NCBI RefSeq assembly: GCF_028641065.1
Contig: NC_073386.1
Coordinates: forward strand, 16,926,001-16,990,000
Source: Leucoraja erinacea
Taxonomy: Eukaryota
DNA: 64,000 nucleotides
Reading direction: 5' to 3'
Shown here piece by piece: positions 1 through 11,600 of this stretch. Numbering within the stretch: the stretch's first letter is position 1; each line of letters opens with the position of its first letter. The notes under the pieces were generated by a model that saw nothing but the letters and a program-made list of their open reading frames with translations, searched no databases and was not told the DNA's origin. Both the position numbers and the translations under genes were made by a program.

Positions 1-237
1 TCGCAATCACACCAATTAAGTGAAAGTTTAGGTTTATTTTTTCACCTGCACCAGCTGTGGCTGAAAGTGCAGTTTAAATCATTTTACCAGCTTTGTATAT
101 AAAACACAAAAACCCTGCCATTGATAGATAACTTTTTTGGGACATAACATTTTCTCTGAGGAAGGAATCTGACAATTGTCTACAATGCTGAAGTTTTAAA
201 TTTAGAGTAAGATTTGCTTTAATTATTTTTCTTGTAC

Positions 238-355
238 CTTCTGGAGATTGATTCTCATCGTATAACATGGACTGGATGCAGGCAACTTCTGGGTGCTCCA
301 TTGGATCAAGGTCTTCTGGTGCCTTTTTCATGAACATTGGAATTTTATCAAACTC
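238..355 (-). CDS. TTC4: TTC4 coding exon 2, EFDKIPMFMKKAPEDLDPMEHPEVACIQSMLYDENQSPE; gene continues beyond the window start
   Basis: Pyrimidine tract plus AG acceptor, GTACAAG donor, 118 nt. Matches human EFEKVPLFMSRAPSEIDP..PDLACLQSIIFDEERSPE. Confidence 0.92.
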
Positions 356-764
356 CTTGACAGGAAAAACAAAAAGACACATTGTTAGCTTTAAAAAAAA
401 TCCCTTTCTGCCTTTAATTTCATCCTTCTGATATTCTTCTCTAGCTCCTGGTCGCTACTCAACAAGAAAGGAGTAAATGGCTCTAATTGATCACAATTTG
501 CAAATAATCTACAAATTTAGCTCTATTCACAAGCCAAGAGGAAACCCTTTTTGAACTAAAAGTTTCATATTTTATCGGACGTGACATAATGGTGGGTGTT
601 TTACCACATGTGAAGGAAGCTGCCTTATCTTTTGTTAAAGGATTAACATGAAGACCAATTCTCTGGCAAATGGTGCTGTGTTTGGCTTTGTAAAAGCGTT
701 TTATCTGGATGCACAAAGAATGTCATGGAGATATGCAGCATGGAAACAAACTCTTATATTCACC

Positions 765-920
765 AAGATAAACACAAAATGCTGGAGTAACCCAGTGGGC
801 CAGGCAGCATCTCTGGAGAGATCCCATTCCTTCTCTCCAGAGATGCTGCCCGACCCGCTGAGTTACTCCAGCATTTTGTGTCTACCTTCGATTTAAACCA
901 ACATCTGTAGTTCTTTCCTA
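765..920. repeat. Fold-back dimer of the Penelope-end repeat (others at ~7800-8010, 40865-41165 and 53620-54080)
   Basis: ACACAAAATGCTGGAGTAAC..GGCAGCATCTCTGGAGAG followed by its reverse complement. Confidence 0.75.
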
Positions 921-2495
921 CTTATATTCACCAATTCTCTACCCGTTACACGAATCCCACATTAATCCACATTTTAAAATTCTCTCTACATTCCTTCTGA
1001 ACCTTCTGAATTTTGTAGTCGGCAGGGCAGTACTCTGCATATCGCCAACTTGGACAATTTACATTTTTATCAAGCCAATTAACCTACAAACCTGTACGTC
1101 TTTGGAGTGTGGGAGGAAAACGACGATCTCGGAGCAAACCCACGCAGATCACGGGGAGAACGTACAAACTCCATACAGATAGTACCCATAGTCGGGATCG
1201 AACCCAGCTGCATTTTGCTGTAAGGCAGCAACTCTACCGCTGTGACATTCTCATCAACTTCCTCCGCCAGACATACGAAGGCCAATTAACCTACCAACCC
1301 GCACACCTTTGAAATACGGAAGAAAATCAGAGCACCCAGGGCAAACGCCACATGGTGAGGACCCGAGGTCAGGGTTGGACCAGGTTCTCTAGCATTTGAG
1401 GCAGTGGTTTCTCCTGCTGTGTCAGATAATATTTTGCAAGACAAACAAAGTTGTGGCACAAACAAGGATAAGTGGGATTAATTTAAAAAATACTGGCCTG
1501 GATTATACAGAGTTGCTGCTGGCAGTTGTTTAGTGATGAGTGAGGGCACTTCTGATTTCTACACTTGGACATTACAATGATTAAGGAACACTATAGATTA
1601 AACGTCTTTGATTGATTGAAAGATACGGAATGGAAACGCACTCCTCGGTCCACTGAGACATGCCTGCAATCAATCACCAGTTTATACTAGTTATGCTGGT
1701 TTATACCTAAGATAGACACTGGTGTACTCCAGCACTCTGTGTCTATCTCTGTTATTATAGGTGGCAATATGCGGTGCAAAGATACTAGAGGAGCGCTCCT
1801 CTAGTATATTTGATGCAGAGTACTGTCCTGCCGACTACAAATTCAGAAGGGTCAGGTATCTTTACATCTTAACTTTTCAGGAAGGCTCAGACTTCGGCAA
1901 CATTTCGTCACAATATACCGCCCGATACAACATATCTGACAATTGAAAAATCACAAGCTGCCTGCATTTGCAAATCATGCAGTCGTAAACTGTTAAGAGG
2001 GTAAGTTCTGCTCATGACTCTGAGGTACCTAGTTTTAGTTGGGTAATCTACTAAAATACTAACAAAGTTACAAACCATCACTGTTATATTCCAAAGACTT
2101 TTGTACCAGTATTGAACCTAGTGCGCCATTTAGTAGACACAAAATGATGGACAGGCAGCGTCTCTGGAGCGAAGGAATGTGTAACGTTTCGGGTCGAGGT
2201 CCTTCTTCGGACCGAGAGGCAGGAGAGGGAGTCCAGCATGTTGTCACTGTCTCCAGAGTCCAGAGATATGGAAAGGGTGAGGTATAAAAACGACAGATCA
2301 AAGCAGATAAGGTAATGTTGAATAGTTCTTTGTTAACTATGGGGAAGGTGACAAGGAGCCATACAATCAGTAAGATTAATCAGGACGGTGAAACTAGTCG
2401 AAGAACAAGGGCTGAGGAGAGAGGGAAAGCAAGGGTTACTTGATGTTAGAGATGCAAAACGCTTTTCGTCACTAATTTCGGGTCACAAATCCCAC

Positions 2496-2603
2496 CTTCT
2501 CCCAGTTGTCCTCAGTGAAGCCATCTTTGTACATCTTCCCCTTGAACTTTTCGAGGAACTCGTCCATGCCGTCCTCCTCCTCGGGGTCAGTGCTGGAAGC
2601 CAT
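2496..2603 (-). CDS. TTC4: TTC4 (TPR co-chaperone) coding exon 1, MASSTDPEEEDGMDEFLEKFKGKMYKDGFTEDNWEK
   Basis: ATG at 2603, donor GTGGG after 2496, 108 nt, phase 0. Matches the human TTC4 N-terminus (MDSFLEKF..Y.GGF.ED.WEK); CpG-rich context. Confidence 0.92.
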
Positions 2604-2619
2604 TGTATCTTTGATTGTA

Positions 2620-2970
2620 TCCACTGGTCCGAGCGCGCCGCCGGTCTGCACAACCTCCAAAGTGATACACTCGGCGGCTCGCTACATTCCAGAACACGTG
2701 CTTCCGGTTCCTGCCCAAAGATCCTCCCACACCAAAGATACCAGAGGCAAAGATCTTATAGCAGAGGATCTTTGACCAGAGGAGCTCCTCTAGTATCTTT
2801 GCCCCACACAACACAAGTGCTGAGCAAATGTAGCTGGGTAAGTACACTGTGGTCTGAGGAGTGTGACTCAATATAATGTAATGTGCAAAGCGCAGTAGCA
2901 TTTCAGCATCAATAACATGTACTGGAAGTGACGTTTGTACCCCAGTTAAATTTTGCGGTCACGTGGGTGA
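2620..2970 (-). promoter_or_regulatory. TTC4 CpG-rich promoter/5'UTR region
   Basis: CpG-rich; ETS core CCGGAAG (2701-2707), GGAAGTGACGT ETS/CRE-like composite (2924-2934), E-box GTCACGTG (2958-2965). Confidence 0.55.
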
Positions 2971-3984
2971 GGATCTATGATCCAGTGACCTTTCGTGAAA
3001 TCATCGCCCTATACACACGCATATATACACGTACAAGATCAGACTTTTATTAAGTATATATATATATGATATATAAAACATATATTTACATTTTGTATAC
3101 ACGTGTGTGTAAATATAGATTTACAATACATACATTTGTGTGTATATATTTTCAATATATTAACCATGTACAAGTATGTATATATGTACATACACACAAA
3201 TACATACACACATATATATGTGTATATACATGATTGTATGTGTGTAAATAATTATTGTTTCTCCTTGAACCACTGCAATCCTGGAGATCTTAAAACCGAT
3301 ACAGTAGCACCCTCTTATGCATCAGTGTGATAATTCCATTTTGCACAAGCATGTGAAATATCACTTTGATGCATTAGAGGGTGCTACTGCATCAGTTTTG
3401 AGATATCTCCAGATATGCAGCAGTTCAAGAGGGCAGGGCAAATAGGAATGGGGAACTGAGTGTTCACAGCCTGCAAAGCTCACATCCCTTAAATGAATAA
3501 AAAACCCTCAGAATGTTTTCCAATAATTTCTTACTGCTGACATGAGGCTCACAGCCCTGCAGTTTCCCAGCTTATCACAACAGTCCCTTCTGAGTATGGT
3601 AACACTACTTAGCTACCCTCTGGTCTTCCAGTATGTCACCTGTGGCTGAGGTGATGCAAAAAATCTTTATAAGAACCCTTGCAATCTCCTTCCTTGCGCC
3701 CCTTAACATCCTGCGCTAATTTTCCTGACAGCCCTTTGGATGATGTGGCCTCTGGGTTATCTATGAATTCTTTGAAAGCAGTTATCTCCTTACTCCTTTT
3801 ATTTGGTAAGATGATACAGACCTGGTCACAGAGTTGGAGACATGATGAGTAAATTACATTTTCAGTTGACAACTCGCCTGTCACTGCAGTTGGTGTGTAT
3901 CTGACCCCAAGACCAGAACAACACATCCCTGCACAATGGGCATGTTAGAAACATAGAAAATAAGTGCAGGAGGAGGCCATTCGG

Positions 3985-4330
3985 CCCTTATCACAGGGCA
4001 CCCTACATCACCCAGACATTAAGGTAGTGTACATGCCAGCTCATTGCTGCTTCAATGAATTGAGACATTATTACAACCTTCAAGGTGCACTGCAGCAGAG
4101 GTTTGTTCAAGTTGTCCAGATAATGGGAGGACTTGTAAGGAATTTTGGAAGAAATGCATCAAGCACATTGTGGCTTCCAGGGCAGAGGTCAAGTCAGCTG
4201 AATATGAATGAATTTGGAATGAGCGTGACTACTGGTCAATAAAGTTGTCAAGATGGTTTATTAACTCACAAACATGTAGCGGAGGTCAACCATGTCAAAA
4301 TGCCACAAAAAATTAGTACTTTTTAAGCTG
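3985..4330 (+). mobile_element. Possible old Tigger/pogo transposase remnant
   Basis: HPDIKVVYMP...ITTFK resembles the pogo DDE motif IKVVFLPPNTT...IATFK; heavily decayed. Confidence 0.35.
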
Positions 4331-4946
4331 CCCTTGTGATAAAGTACATGGAATACGAGATGGACGTGAAGTGAACAATCAATAGGAAAGAGGTCCCGCA
4401 TTTAGCTTTTAGTTAGTCATTCACTTTTTTTCATTCACTTAACTTACCACAAAGGAAACACGGTCTTCTTTTGCTGGACGAAACAATGGTGCAGCAATTT
4501 GTGCCACTACCAACAGCTTCAGTGACCTAGGTTCAATCCCAAATTCAGGTTCTGTCTATTTGGATTTTCAACATTTTTGTAATTGCCTTACTTTCTTCAC
4601 GTTGTCTGCCATTTTCCCACAAAGCAAAGAATTGCTGCTAGTTGATTTATTTGCAACTGTAAATTTCCCCTTTCAGTAGGCAAAATAATCAAAGAAGAGT
4701 TGATGGGTATAAGACTTTGGAGATACAGCGCAGAAACAGGCCCTTCGGCCCACCAAGTCCACACCAGCCAGTGATCACCCCGCACACAAGCATTATCCTA
4801 CACACTAGGGACAATATTACGAAAGCCAATTAACCTACAAACCTGTACATATTTGGAGTGTAGGAGGAAACCAGTGTACCCGGAGAAAACCCACACTGTC
4901 ACAGGAAGAACGTACAAACATCGTAGACAACACACATAGTCAGGAA

Positions 4947-5291
4947 CATTAGAAACATAGAAAATAGGTGCAGGAATAGGCCATTCGGCCCTTTGAGCCT
5001 GCACAGCCATTCAATATGATCATGGCTGATCATCCAACTCAGTATCCTGTACCTGCCTTCTCTCCATACCCCCTGATCCCTTTAGCCACAAGGGCCACAT
5101 CTAACTCCCTCTTAAATATAGCCAATGAACTGGCCTCAACTACCTTCTGTGGCAGAGAATTCCAGAGATTCACCACTCTCTGTGTGAAAAATGTTTTCCT
5201 CATCTCGGTCCTAAAATATTTCCCCCTTATCCTTAAACTGTGACCCCTTGTTCTGGACTTCCCCAACATCGGGAACAATCTTCCTGCATTG
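4947..5291 (-). mobile_element. CR1 3' end inserted into a SINE (similar short CR1 ends at 10291-10598 -, 13050-13427 +, 35803-36213 +, 38335-38680 -, 60305-60905 +)
   Basis: Shared KSRTRGHSL..LWNSLPQ..GEKAG sequence and 3'UTR. Confidence 0.88.
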
Positions 5292-5559
5292 AACCAGAGT
5301 CCCAGCGCCGTGAAACAGCAACTCTACCGCTGCACCACTGTGCTATCTGGCACATGGGAATGCTCCTACACATGGGAGAGAATACACTGCAAGACTACAG
5401 AGAAATAAGAGGGGTGACAAGAATGGTGTAGAAACAAGAAACTGCAGACGCTGGTTTACACAAAATATAAAGTGCTGGAGTAACTCAAGCGGGTCAAGCA
5501 GCATCTCTAGAGAACATGAATGGCGACATTTTGGATCGGTACTTTTCTTCAGACGTGAA

Positions 5560-6870
5560 TAATTGAATTGATTTTTGTCAACCAAATATGTATACATACA
5601 AGGAATTTGCCTTTGTGCTTTGCTCACAAGTAACAACATGATATACAGTAGACAATTAAAAATAAAGCATTATAACTTAAACATGTGAAGAATGAAATAA
5701 AATACCAGAGCAAAAGGAGGCTAGACTTTTGGTTAGTGAGTAGATATCCTGATGGATATCTACACCTCCCGCTGCCTTAGCAGGGCAAAGAATATCATCA
5801 AAGACAGCTCCCATCCTGCGTTTGGACTGTTCGACCTGCTGCCCTCTGGAAGGCGCTATAGGTGCATCAAATCTAGGACAAATAGACTCAGGAATAGTTG
5901 CTTTCCGAAAATTATAACTACTCTTAATTCAAATTCACACATGCACTGACTTCACAGCCCAACACCCGGACTTCCATCTGTATATATGTAAATAGCGCCG
6001 CAGCAATTGTGCACCTATCCCCCCCCCCCCCCCCCCCCCCCCCCCCCTTCTCCCTTCTGTTTTTGTTTTTCTGTGTCTTGTTTTTTGTACTAAATTATAT
6101 GTATGCACTGAGTACGAGCAGCTTTTAATTTCATTGTACATGTATAGTGACAAATCATCAAATAATGGCATATCATATCAAAGCTACTGCTCGTGAAAAA
6201 AAACTGTTTTTAATGTCTGGCTGTGGCGGCTTTGACAGTCCGGAGTTGCCTTCCAGAGGGAAGTGCTTCAAAGAGTTTGTGACCAGGGTGAGAGGTCAGA
6301 GATGATCTTACCCGCTCGCTTCCTGGCCCTTGCAGTGTACAGTTCGTCGATTGAGGAGGTGGGGGGGGGTTAGGTTGCAGCCAACAACCTTCTCAGCTGC
6401 AGCCTCCGGATGTCATGCTTGGTGGCTGAGCCAAACCAGACCATTATGGAGAAGGTGAGTACAGACTCCATGATGGCAGTATAAAACTGGACCATCATTG
6501 CCTGTGGCTGATTGTGTTTTTTGAGCTGCCGCAGGAAGTACATCCTCTGTTGTGCCTTTTTGGCTGTGGAGTCGATGGTGACCTCCCATTTAAGATCCCT
6601 GGAGATGATGGTTCCAAGGAACTTAAATGACTCCACAGATGTGATTGTGGTGTTGTTGATGGTGAATAGGGGGAATGGAGGGGGAGCTCTCCTAAATTCT
6701 ACAATCAATTCCACTGTATTAAGAGTATTGAGCTCCAGGATGTTGCGATGGCACCAGGACGCCAGCTGTGTCACTTCCTGCCTGTAGGCAGATTCCTGTC
6801 CATCCTGGATCAGTCCAATCAGGATTGTGTCATCCGCAAACTTGAGAAGCTTGACAGGAGTCTTTGGAGG
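5560..6870 (-). mobile_element. Rex1/Babar-like LINE 3' fragment with an opposite-strand Rex1-like fragment nested at ~5745-6180
   Basis: FADD and SFKFLGTIISRDLKW..KKAQQRMYFLRQL on minus; nested piece SHPAFGLFDLLPSGRRYR on plus. Confidence 0.8.
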
Positions 6871-8473
6871 TAGAGTCGTTGGTTTTGGATGAGGACCCTT
6901 CTTCAGACTGCTATGAATGATGCGACTGCTCTTCTGGGAGTCAGCACAGTTCCAAACAAATTAATTAAATGAGCCAGTATGAACTTGATCACAGATTTGC
7001 AGAATTTGTCAGTTAATAACTACCTTCAGTTGACAAATAAAGAGCTGCTATGCGGGTGGGTGGAGGTATAAATTCCGCACATAAATGATTGGCACAGGAG
7101 TTGCTCAACACTAGTAATTGCTTCAAACAAAGACAATTGTACTCTACAATTTGAACGAAAATCCGAAAGCTTTTTCTCACCTCAAAATGAATGCAGACAG
7201 CCTTCACCATGCCATGATACCCGGCAGCATCTAATAAACTGCACAGGTCATATATAGAGTGTGAGGTGACCATACAATATAAATTACCTAGATTGTTTTC
7301 ACCTCACCTTAAATATCTACATCTTAAATATATTTCATGATCTGACCTCCACCACCGTCAGTGACAGAGAACACTAGAGGTTGTCTCTATCCGAGAAAAA
7401 CATTTTCAATGCATCTATGTTTTCAATGCCCCATGTTTAGCAGCTCTGTCATCTTGTTTGTCACTCTTCCTCCAATGGAAATATTTCAAAATCTACTGTG
7501 TCAAGACCTCTTTGGGTGTTATATTTTTGAATAAGGTCACGCCTCATTTGTGAAAGACAACACCTTAAATTCCCATCACCATACTATTCCTGCAAGCTCC
7601 CTGGATCTACTCCCTGGTCATTTATGATGTTTGCAGGATTGTAGTTGATCTCACAGCAACTGCAATTGATCAAACATTTGTATTGACAAGTGAGCAATAA
7701 GATAACAGACAAACACTAGGGCGAATCTTTCATCGTCCATTCTCATCCAAATTTGGAGCAGACCTATTGGTTGTTGAAAACTCCATTCTGTAAAGTGGTG
7801 TAAGAAAGAAATGAAGATACTGGTTTACACCAAAGATGGACACAAAATGCTGGAGTAACTCAGCGCGTCAGGCAGCATCTCGAGATAAGGAATGAAGATT
7901 ATTCCTTTTCTCCAGAGGAGTCTGAAGTAGGGTCTCAACTTGAAATGTCACCTATTCCTTTTCTGCAGAGATGCTGCCAGACCCGCTAAGTTACTCCAAC
8001 ATTTTGTGTCAATCTGTAAAGTAGCATGTGTTTCATCATTGAGAAAACAGTTGCATTAGCCATGTGTTGTCTGACTGAATGAGGATTGTGAAATTTGTAG
8101 TTCCTTCCTTGCTAGTGTAGACATATGAAGTGTACGCAATACAATGTGTGAGTGTGTTTTATTGTGTTGACAAATACAAGGTTTGGGTTGATTTTTTTCA
8201 GTTCATTGTCCAAAATGCTACATTATCAAGTTTCAACGGGTGTACTGGAATGCCCAACAATACATTGATTCTCAGTGAGAAGGATGTAATCAAATCAAAC
8301 ACTTTTTTTTTACACTGTTCACCACATCATGGCAATCTAAATCTAATTCTGGTATATTGTCTGCATGATTTATTTTATGCATAATTCAAAAACACCTAGT
8401 TGCAAGGATTCATTGCAGAAAAAAAAAATCAGGATACTTTCATCTGGATATTTGATTAGGTGAATTTCATGCA

Positions 8474-9887
8474 TTAAACCACCTGAATATTTTTCAGAAA
8501 ATCCAAGATACCTTCTTGAGTGAGAAACATTGTCCTTCCATTATTCTGGCATTTAATTTCAAAAATAGGTGGATCTTCCAAAATCCTCTTCCCTGCAATG
8601 ATGATGTATGGATATCCCAGACAGCTGGCATCTTTCAGTCTTCTGCCAATGGTCAGATGACTGCGGTCATCAAACAGTACCTCTCCATGAAGTTGGGGGA
8701 CAGTGTCCATCAAGTTGTCATAGAATTCTGGCTGGTTAATATTCAGTTCTTCTTTACTGCCTTTCTTAGGTGAAATGACACACACCTGATAAGGGGCCAG
8801 GAGACTTGGCCACCGAATGTTGTTTTCAGTCGACAAAACCTCTATTGCTGCAGCTAGTATGCGTGTGACCCCAAGTCCAAAGCAACCCATCTCCGACAGG
8901 ATGGGCTTGTTCTCGGTGTTAGAATACGAGGCACCAAAAATCTGCGAATACTTGGTCCCAAGGTAAAAGGTGTGTCCCACCTCAATGCCCCTGCTTTCTC
9001 TCAGTTTTCCATCACATTGTGGACAGTTTGTTGTTTCAACTGCATTCATTGTTTCCACATTGGCTGCAAAATGGCAGTCTGAACACATTAAAAGATGATC
9101 CTCCCCAATCTCTGCTGGCAGCTGAAACTCATGCGACAGCTTCCCACCAATACTGCCTGGGTCGGCTTGCACCTTTACAAACTGCAATCCCAACTGGTCA
9201 AATACACAAGTGTAAGCATCAGAAACAAGTTTGTAGGTCACCTTGGCAGCTTCTTCTGAGACATCAAAGGTGTACATGTCTTTCATGTAGAACTCCCGTC
9301 CACGGAGCAAACCATAGCGTGGCTTAGGCTCATCTCTGAACTTCCTTGTCACTTGGTATAGCAACAGTGGTAGCTGTTTGTATGACAGATTTCCCTGCAT
9401 GGCCACAAGCTCAGTCACAGCTTCCTCATGTGTCGGACTTAAACAGTAGTCCATGCTGTGTCTGTCCTTTAGTCTGAATAGTTCCTTCCCCAGGAGGTCC
9501 CATCGTTCACTGGCCTTCCACAAGTTCGCAGAGGTGAGGCTGGGCATATTCACCTTCTGTCCTCCAATGGATTGCATTTCCTTATCAATAAGGCGGATAA
9601 GTTTCTCCATGGCACGGACTGTAAATGGCAGATAGTGAAAGCAGCCTGTGTTGGCTGGCTGAATTAGGCCTGCCTGAAGCATCAACCTCTGGCTTTTGCA
9701 AGTGAGCTCACTTTGACCGACCAGCTCCAACCATTCTGTCCTCTTGGAGGTTCGAGGGCTGAAAGAGGCGAGATAGCAATAGTGGTTTTGTCCGTCCATG
9801 ATGAAAATGGCTCCTGTGCAAATACAGGAAACCACAGGCGAGGTTCTTGAATAATCCTCCTGAATAAGAATGGATTGCCAATTCCAT
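8474..9887 (-). CDS. PARS2: Mitochondrial prolyl-tRNA synthetase, single coding exon; frameshift at ~9715-9722 in this sequence
   Basis: Class II ProRS motifs (PTHEE, KFRDEPKPRYGLLRGREFYMKDMY, GIEVGHTFYLG, MGCFGLGVTR) in the 8474-9835 ORF. The conserved N-terminal segment LLLSRLFQPSNLQEDR is in another frame starting at ATG 9887. Acceptor AG just upstream of 9907. Confidence 0.95.
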
Positions 9888-9964
9888 TAAAAATATGACG
9901 GATAATTCTAGAATGAAAAGCAAAATTAATGGCAGCCGTGTAAATTCAACATGCTTTCAAAATC

Positions 9965-10290
9965 TGTACAATGACTATAATATATGACACATAAATGACC
10001 ATATACAAACTTTACAATCCCACATATATGACCATAATATATATGACCACATATACAATCTTTACAATGCCATGTATATGACCATAATATGTGACCACAT
10101 ATATGACCATAATATATACGACCACATATATGACCTTTACAATCCCACATATATGACCATAATATACATTGCCATATACATGATCTTTATGATGCCATGT
10201 ATATGACCGTAATATATGTGACCACATATATGACCATAATATATATGATCACATATCCGATCTTTATGATCCCACATATATGACCACATA
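9965..10290. repeat. AT-rich minisatellite built from ATATATGACCA units in the PARS2 intron
   Basis: Repeated ATATATGACCATAAT and CTTTACAATCCCAC units. Confidence 0.85.
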
Positions 10291-10815
10291 TACATAGAAA
10301 ATAGGTGCAGGAGTAGGCCATTCGGCCATTCGGCCATTCGAGCCTGCACCGCCATTCAATATGATCATGGCTGATCATCCAACTCAGTATCCCGTACCTG
10401 CCTTCTCTCCATACACCCTGATCCCTTTAGCCACAAAGGCCACATCTAACTCCCTCTCAAATATAGCCAATGAACTGGCCTCAACTACCTTCTGTGGCAG
10501 AGAGTTCCAGAAATTCACCACTCTCTGTGTAAAAAATGTTTTTCTCATCTCGGTCCTTAAACTGTGACCCCTTGTTCTGGACTTCCCCAACATCAGGAAC
10601 TTTACAACCCCACATATATGAAAACAGGTGCATAATATATAACCACATATATGACCGCTCCCACATTTACAACCCCACATATATGCTAGAAACATGGCCT
10701 TTAGAAAACTTTATCCTCCCACATGTGACCTTTAGGACGGATGGCCATTCATGTATGATCCCTTCATGAGCCGTAGCACCGCCATTCATATGTGATCATG
10801 GATCTTTATCCTCAT

Positions 10816-11420
10816 CTTTATCCTCCCACATGTATGACCTTTATCCTCCCACATGTATGACCTTTATGCTCCCACATGTATGATCTTTATCCTCCCACAT
10901 GTATGATCTTTATCCTCCCACATGTATGACCTTTATCCTCCCACATGTATGGCCTTTATGCTCCCACATGTATGACCTTTATCCTCCCACACGTATGGCC
11001 TTTATGCTCCCACATGTATGATCTTTATCCTCCCACATGTATGACCTTTATCCTCCCACACGTATGGCCTTTATGCTCCCACATGTATGATCTTTATCCT
11101 CCCACATGTATGACCTTTATCCTCCCACATGTATGACCTTTATGCTCCCACATGTATGATCTTTATCCTCCCACACGTATGATCTTTATGCTCCCACATC
11201 GTATGATGACCTTTATGCTCCCACATGTATGACCTTTATTCACGCTCCCACATGTATGATCTTTATCCCCCCATATGTTCCCACATGTATGATCTTTATC
11301 CCCCCACATGTATGACCACACTCCCACACGTATGATCTTTATCCTCCCACATGTATGGCCTTTATCTCCCACATGTATGACCACACTCCCACACGTATGA
11401 CCACGCTCCCACATGTATGA
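10816..11420. repeat. 23-bp tandem repeat CTTTATCCTCCCACATGTATGAC in the PARS2 intron
   Basis: Period 23 (e.g. 10816, 10839), about 25 adjoining copies with no spacers. Confidence 0.95.
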
Positions 11421-11436
11421 CAAGAAACAAACGCAC

Positions 11437-11600
11437 CTCTCTCGCCGCCCTCGCTGTCCCGCGCATGCTCAGCTCCTGCCACCGGTCGGCACTCGGATCA
11501 TAAAGCACAAGATCGCGGATCTCGACACCGAAGATCTTGTAGCAGATCTGCTCTCCCCCAGCCCGCGCCGCAGCCAACCCCTGCGAAACTCTCCACGGTT
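11437..11600 (-). promoter_or_regulatory. PARS2: Probable PARS2 promoter and non-coding exon 1
   Basis: CpG-rich island, NRF1-like GCGCATGCTC (11461-11470), donor GAG|GTGCGT at 11437. Human PARS2 also has a 5' non-coding exon plus one coding exon. Confidence 0.6.

Noticed and set aside
2388-2901. 162-aa and 104-aa ORFs over TTC4 exon 1
   Set aside because: Antisense or off-frame shadows with no recognisable homology.
9799-9835. ORF-track start of PARS2 (GTG 9835, MVSCIC...)
   Set aside because: Not homologous to the PARS2 N-terminus; the conserved N-terminus is in the frame from ATG 9887.
9926-10378. ORFs with repeated YYGHICG motifs
   Set aside because: Translations of the intronic minisatellite.
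10816-11420. CRISPR-like array of 23-bp repeats
   Set aside because: Units adjoin with no unique spacers, there are no cas genes and the context is eukaryotic; it is a minisatellite.
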